Positions 59,898 to 64,000 of a stretch of 64,000 nt of DNA are shown here, in pieces. The notes beneath the pieces are model-generated. The model did no database searches, was not told the origin of the DNA, and worked only from the letters and a program-made list of their open reading frames with translations. Made by a program: the position numbers and the translations under genes. The first letter of the stretch is position 1, and the number at the start of each line of letters is the position of its first letter. Source of the DNA: an uncultured Alphaproteobacteria bacterium (GTDB lineage: Bacteria > Pseudomonadota > Alphaproteobacteria > Rs-D84); NCBI GenBank assembly GCA_947053455.1, contig CAMRSV010000001.1:32001-96000 (forward strand). The letters run 5' to 3'.

Positions 59898-59921
59898 AAA
59901 ACGGGGCGACGCCCCGTTTTT
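59896..59921. terminator. Bidirectional terminator
   Basis: AAAAAACGGGGC-GAC-GCCCCGTTTTT. Confidence 0.8.
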
Positions 59922-59922
59922 A

Positions 59923-60474
59923 TTATCGCTGAAAAGAATACATCAATCTTTTCAATGGCCGCATCAACGGATTAGACTGCTGAATATCAACCATGGACTG
60001 TAACTGCCGTGACTGGGTGATAATGTCATGTGCAAACTTAAATGATTGCATACGAAAAGTATCGCTGCTGGATGTGCGGTCATATTCCCAGTTCTGAACA
60101 GATTTACAAAAATTATAATACGCCTGACACAAGTCATCGTTTTCATACATTGCCGCATCGGACGCATTAATAACAAAATCCATCGGGCTTTGAACAATAT
60201 AATATGCCATTGTGGTTTCTTTTGCATTTTTTTCTTCCGTCCATTTGTCGACGCGCGAACGCCACATACCCAAAGTATACGCACGCGAAAAATAAATTTC
60301 CGGATTTTGCGCAACCCCGTTTATATATACCAACGCACGACCTGCCAAATAACGCGATTTAATCGGCATCTTGCCCCAGCGCCGGGACAACGATTCCCTG
60401 GCCAAAATTTTGAAACAGGCAAAACCAGATTTTATCGCATTATAAACCTGAATATCTGACACTTTTTTTTGCAT
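59923..60474 (-). CDS. Hypothetical protein
   Basis: Promoter TTGACA-17-TATACT and GAGGGG SD upstream of ATG 60474. Confidence 0.7.
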   Translation of the reverse strand: MQKKVSDIQVYNAIKSGFACFKILARESLSRRWGKMPIKSRYLAGRALVYINGVAQNPEIYFSRAYTLGMWRSRVDKWTEEKNAKETTMAYYIVQSPMDFVINASDAAMYENDDLCQAYYNFCKSVQNWEYDRTSSSDTFRMQSFKFAHDIITQSRQLQSMVDIQQSNPLMRPLKRLMYSFQR

Positions 60475-60685
60475 AACTAAACGCCCTCTGTTATCTCTTA
60501 CAGTATAAGACAAAAAACACAAAATGTCAACATATTAAATTCAAATTTAATCCAGGGCATGCGAACGAAGTCTTTCCAAATATTTTATTATTTCGACAAA
60601 AAAATCAATTTTTATATACATAACTTGTTGAAAATTTGGATTTATTGTATAAACTTAAAAAAATTAAAATCTTAAAGGCACAAAA

Positions 60686-62518
60686 ATGAAAATTCGTAAT
60701 ATTGCAATTATCGCGCACGTTGACCACGGAAAAACAACATTGGTTGATAACATGCTAAAACAAGCTGGAACATTCCGTGAAAACGAACGTGTTGAGGAAC
60801 GCGTCATGGACAGTGGTGATATCGAACGCGAACGCGGAATCACCATTTCGGCAAAACCGACATCAATCCAGTGGGGCGAATATAAAATAAACATCGTTGA
60901 CACCCCGGGGCACGCCGATTTTGGTGGCGAAGTGGAACGTATTTTATCAATGGTTGATGGCGTCGTTTTGCTGGTCGATAGCGCCGAAGGCCCCCTGCCC
61001 CAGACAAAGTTTGTATTAAGCAAGGCATTGAAACTGGGCTTGCGGCCAATTGTGTGCATTAACAAGGTAGATAGAAGCGACGCCCGTCCGGACGAAGTTC
61101 TGACCGAAACATTTGATTTGTTTGATAAATTGGGTGCGACGGATTCGCAACTTGATTTCCCATATCTGTATTCCGTCGGACGCGACGGTTGGGCCGTTCG
61201 TGATTTAAATGACGAACACAAAGACCTGACACCGCTGTTCCAATTGATTGTAGACCATGTGCCGGCACCAGACTGCAACGGTGACAGATGCCAAATTGAC
61301 GCACCGTTCCGCATGTTGGCCACAACGTTAGAGGCAGATCCCTATGTTGGCCGAATTCTGACTGGAAAAATTGAATCTGGGACGGTAAAGGTCGGACAAT
61401 CGGTCAAAGCAATAAATATGAAGGGCGAATTTATCGAAAACGCCAAAATAACAAAAATTATTGAACATCGCGGCGTTGAAAAAATCTCGAGAGAGAGTGC
61501 CTCGGCCGGCGATATTGTCGTGCTTGCCGGATTTTCCAAGGCAACTGTGGCGGATACCCTGTGCGACACGTCTGTTACCGAACCGATTCCCGCCATGCCG
61601 ATTGACCCGCCGACACTAACCATGACATTCTTTGTTAATACATCACCTTTGGCGGGGAAATCCGGAAAGAAGCTGACGTCACGAATGATTGGCGAAAGAC
61701 TTTTCAAAGAGGCAGAAACAAATATCGCCCTGCGTGTAACACAGAGTGCAAACAACGAAGCATTCGAGGTATCCGGGCGCGGTGAACTGCAACTGGGTAT
61801 TTTGATTGAAACCATGCGCCGCGAAGGATTTGAACTGTCCGTGTCACGTCCGCGCGTTGTTATGATTGAAGGGCCAAACGGCGAACAACTGGAACCGATT
61901 GAAGATGTCGTAATTGACGTTGACGATGAATTCTCGGGTGTGGTCATAGAAAAAATGACCAAACGCAAGGCAACAATTACCGAAATGAAATCGTCCGGCG
62001 CCGGCAAAACACGCATAGTTTTTTCCGCACCATCACGCGGTTTAATTGGCTACCTGTCGGAATTTAGAACGGATACACGTGGCACAGGTATCATGAACCG
62101 CGTATTTTCCGAATACAGTGAATACCGCGGTCCGATAATGCAATACCGACCGGGCGTGCTGGTATCTATGGAAAACGGTTCGGCCGCAACGTATGCATTA
62201 TTCAATCTGCAGCCGCGCGGGACCTTGTTCATCGGCCCACAAACAGAAGTTTATTCCGGCATGATAATCGGCGAACACAGCAAGGAAAACGATTTGGAGG
62301 TAAACCCCATAAAGGGCAAGGAACTGACCAACATGCGTTCCGTTACGGCCGATGAAAAACTGTTTCTGGCACCGCCACGGCGCATATCGCTGGAAGAAGC
62401 GCTGTCATATATCCAGGACGATGAATTGGTTGAAATAACACCGGCGACTATACGCCTGCGAAAAAAGGAACTGGATAGTAACATGCGCAAAAAGATGCAC
62501 AAAAACACGGGGGCATAA
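60686..62518 (+). CDS. typA: Translational GTPase TypA/BipA
   Basis: RNIAIIAHVDHGKTT, DTPGHADFGGEVER, GRGELQL, ELVEITP. Confidence 0.97.
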   Translation: MKIRNIAIIAHVDHGKTTLVDNMLKQAGTFRENERVEERVMDSGDIERERGITISAKPTSIQWGEYKINIVDTPGHADFGGEVERILSMVDGVVLLVDSAEGPLPQTKFVLSKALKLGLRPIVCINKVDRSDARPDEVLTETFDLFDKLGATDSQLDFPYLYSVGRDGWAVRDLNDEHKDLTPLFQLIVDHVPAPDCNGDRCQIDAPFRMLATTLEADPYVGRILTGKIESGTVKVGQSVKAINMKGEFIENAKITKIIEHRGVEKISRESASAGDIVVLAGFSKATVADTLCDTSVTEPIPAMPIDPPTLTMTFFVNTSPLAGKSGKKLTSRMIGERLFKEAETNIALRVTQSANNEAFEVSGRGELQLGILIETMRREGFELSVSRPRVVMIEGPNGEQLEPIEDVVIDVDDEFSGVVIEKMTKRKATITEMKSSGAGKTRIVFSAPSRGLIGYLSEFRTDTRGTGIMNRVFSEYSEYRGPIMQYRPGVLVSMENGSAATYALFNLQPRGTLFIGPQTEVYSGMIIGEHSKENDLEVNPIKGKELTNMRSVTADEKLFLAPPRRISLEEALSYIQDDELVEITPATIRLRKKELDSNMRKKMHKNTGA

Positions 62519-62533
62519 ACCCCGTGTTTTTTT
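62501..62533 (+). terminator. Terminator after typA
   Basis: AAAAACACGGGG...CCCCGTGTTTTTTT. Confidence 0.8.
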
Positions 62534-62606
62534 ATTCATAACATCGGCTAAATCCAGCATATATTCATTTGTTGAAAATGCGATTAAAAACATATATTAT
62601 TCATAT

Positions 62607-63449
62607 ATGAAGATAAAAAGACTTTTCCTATTTGCCGGTTACGACCCAAAGGGTATAATTGACGAAGCACTGCTGTACTACGTTCGCGCATTATCTAAAT
62701 TGGGCGACGTGGTTCTTTTTATGGACAGTGACTGCAGCGCAGCGCAACTAAAAAAACTGGCACCGTACGTTATATGGGCAGGTGCCACGCGACACGGCGA
62801 ATACGACTTTGGCTCGTACAAGCGTGCATATGAATACGCGGTGGATAAAAAAATTTTAAATAAATATGATTTCGTATACTTGGTAAACGATTCTGTATAC
62901 GGACCGATGCGCCCGCTTAAACCAATAATCACCGGATTAGAGGCACGAAAGCTGGACGCATTCGGCATGATTAAGAATCCGAACCATAATGCGCCGCATA
63001 TCGGGTCATGGTTTATCGGCATGCGACCACGAGTATTTTTGTCACCTATGTTTGATAAATTTATGCGCAGTATAACACGCCAACCAGACAAGGGCACGGT
63101 CGCCACTTTATACGAGCATGGATTTACCGCAATGATAGAACGCGCCGGATTTTCATGGGGATGTAAAAAGACCATATTTAATCGCGGCGTATACAATCGG
63201 GTAAAGGCGCAATTTAAATCCAATGTGCCGTTCATAAAAAAATTATCATTTACGCGACATAACGGCTCACTTGGTCGACAAATAAATTATGTTCTGAAAC
63301 ATGCGGATGCACCCGCACGCATCGCAACGCTTGCGTCGGCACGGCGCACAATGGGCACGGAATATATCGACTGGTTGCTCCATGGCAGTAAAATGACGAT
63401 GATTGTGCGTTTCCTGAAATATATGTGGAAAAAATACAAGAACGGATAA
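62607..63449 (+). CDS. Rhamnan synthesis F (RgpF)-like protein
   Basis: LFAGYD, YDFGSYK, VNDSVYGP, HIGSWF, YEHG, PFIKK. Confidence 0.8.
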   Translation: MKIKRLFLFAGYDPKGIIDEALLYYVRALSKLGDVVLFMDSDCSAAQLKKLAPYVIWAGATRHGEYDFGSYKRAYEYAVDKKILNKYDFVYLVNDSVYGPMRPLKPIITGLEARKLDAFGMIKNPNHNAPHIGSWFIGMRPRVFLSPMFDKFMRSITRQPDKGTVATLYEHGFTAMIERAGFSWGCKKTIFNRGVYNRVKAQFKSNVPFIKKLSFTRHNGSLGRQINYVLKHADAPARIATLASARRTMGTEYIDWLLHGSKMTMIVRFLKYMWKKYKNG

Positions 63450-63452
63450 AAA

Positions 63453-64000
63453 ATGCAAAAACAAAAGCGCATTGCCGCAATAACCATGGCTCGAAATGAC
63501 GACTTCTTTCTGGGGCGATGGATTAAATATTATGGAAATGAAATAGGACGTGAAAACCTGTACGTTTATCTGGACGGACTAGACCAATCTGCACCACGCG
63601 ATGCGCGTGATGTAAACATAACAAAACTGCCCCATGTGGAAGAAGCCGTACAACGTGGTGACAAACGCAGAATACTGCTGCTATCGGATTTGGCTAAAAA
63701 ACTTTTTAATAATGGATACGACATTGTCATAGGATGCGACTGCGACGAATTTTTGATTGTAGATCCGGCGAAAAACAAAACTCTTGCCGAATATTTATCC
63801 GGGATACGAAATGTAACATCGGTATCGGGCCTTGGGTTAGATGTGGGCATGGATTTAAATACCGAATCCGCATTAGATATGCGCGCCCCATTTCTAACAC
63901 AGCGTAGATATGCCCTGTTGTCGACGCGCTATACAAAACCCGTCGTAATGTTCCGCCCGGCAACCTGGGGCAGCGGGTTTCACAGTGTAAAGGGTAAAAA
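63453..64000 (+). CDS. Glycosyltransferase family 2-like protein (partial; runs off the window)
   Basis: Hand-translated MQKQKRIAAITMARNDDFFLGRWIKYYG...YDIVIGCDCDEF (DxD); no stop seen before the window end. Confidence 0.8.
   Translation, partial: MQKQKRIAAITMARNDDFFLGRWIKYYGNEIGRENLYVYLDGLDQSAPRDARDVNITKLPHVEEAVQRGDKRRILLLSDLAKKLFNNGYDIVIGCDCDEFLIVDPAKNKTLAEYLSGIRNVTSVSGLGLDVGMDLNTESALDMRAPFLTQRRYALLSTRYTKPVVMFRPATWGSGFHSVKGK

Noticed and set aside
1-64000. CRISPR array, rRNA/tRNA genes, IS elements, prophage, reverse transcriptase/DGR
   Set aside because: No regularly spaced direct repeats, structural RNA genes, or transposase, RT or phage structural genes were recognised by eye.

Overview
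Gene-dense, mostly housekeeping 64-kb segment of a reduced, heavily rearranged alphaproteobacterial genome. MucR, AddB, a Cys-poor DksA, an RHH_4 protein and the divergent rsmI/lpoA pair point to Alphaproteobacteria; assignment to the Rs-D84/'Ca. Enterousia'-like gut lineage is inference only. No rRNA, tRNA, CRISPR, transposase or prophage was seen. Main discovery: four dispersed single-gene cassettes, each made of a promoter, a ~160-215-nt structured leader and a secreted Cys-rich protein gene (leaders at 10606-10821, 42575-42730, 45311-45483, 56480-56649). The leaders differ in sequence but share one covarying architecture resembling the phage P1/P7 C4 antisense RNA: upstream a1/b1 sites pair with a'/b' segments in a core that overlaps a terminator hairpin. 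Each copy carries its own a/b 'address code'. Also found: an unannotated leader peptide with five consecutive Thr codons upstream of thrS, a degenerate HNH-toxin/SMI1-KNR4 immunity pair, a YbeY-Lnt fusion, a membrane-anchored GH24-like lysozyme-TPR protein, and several probable pseudoenzymes.
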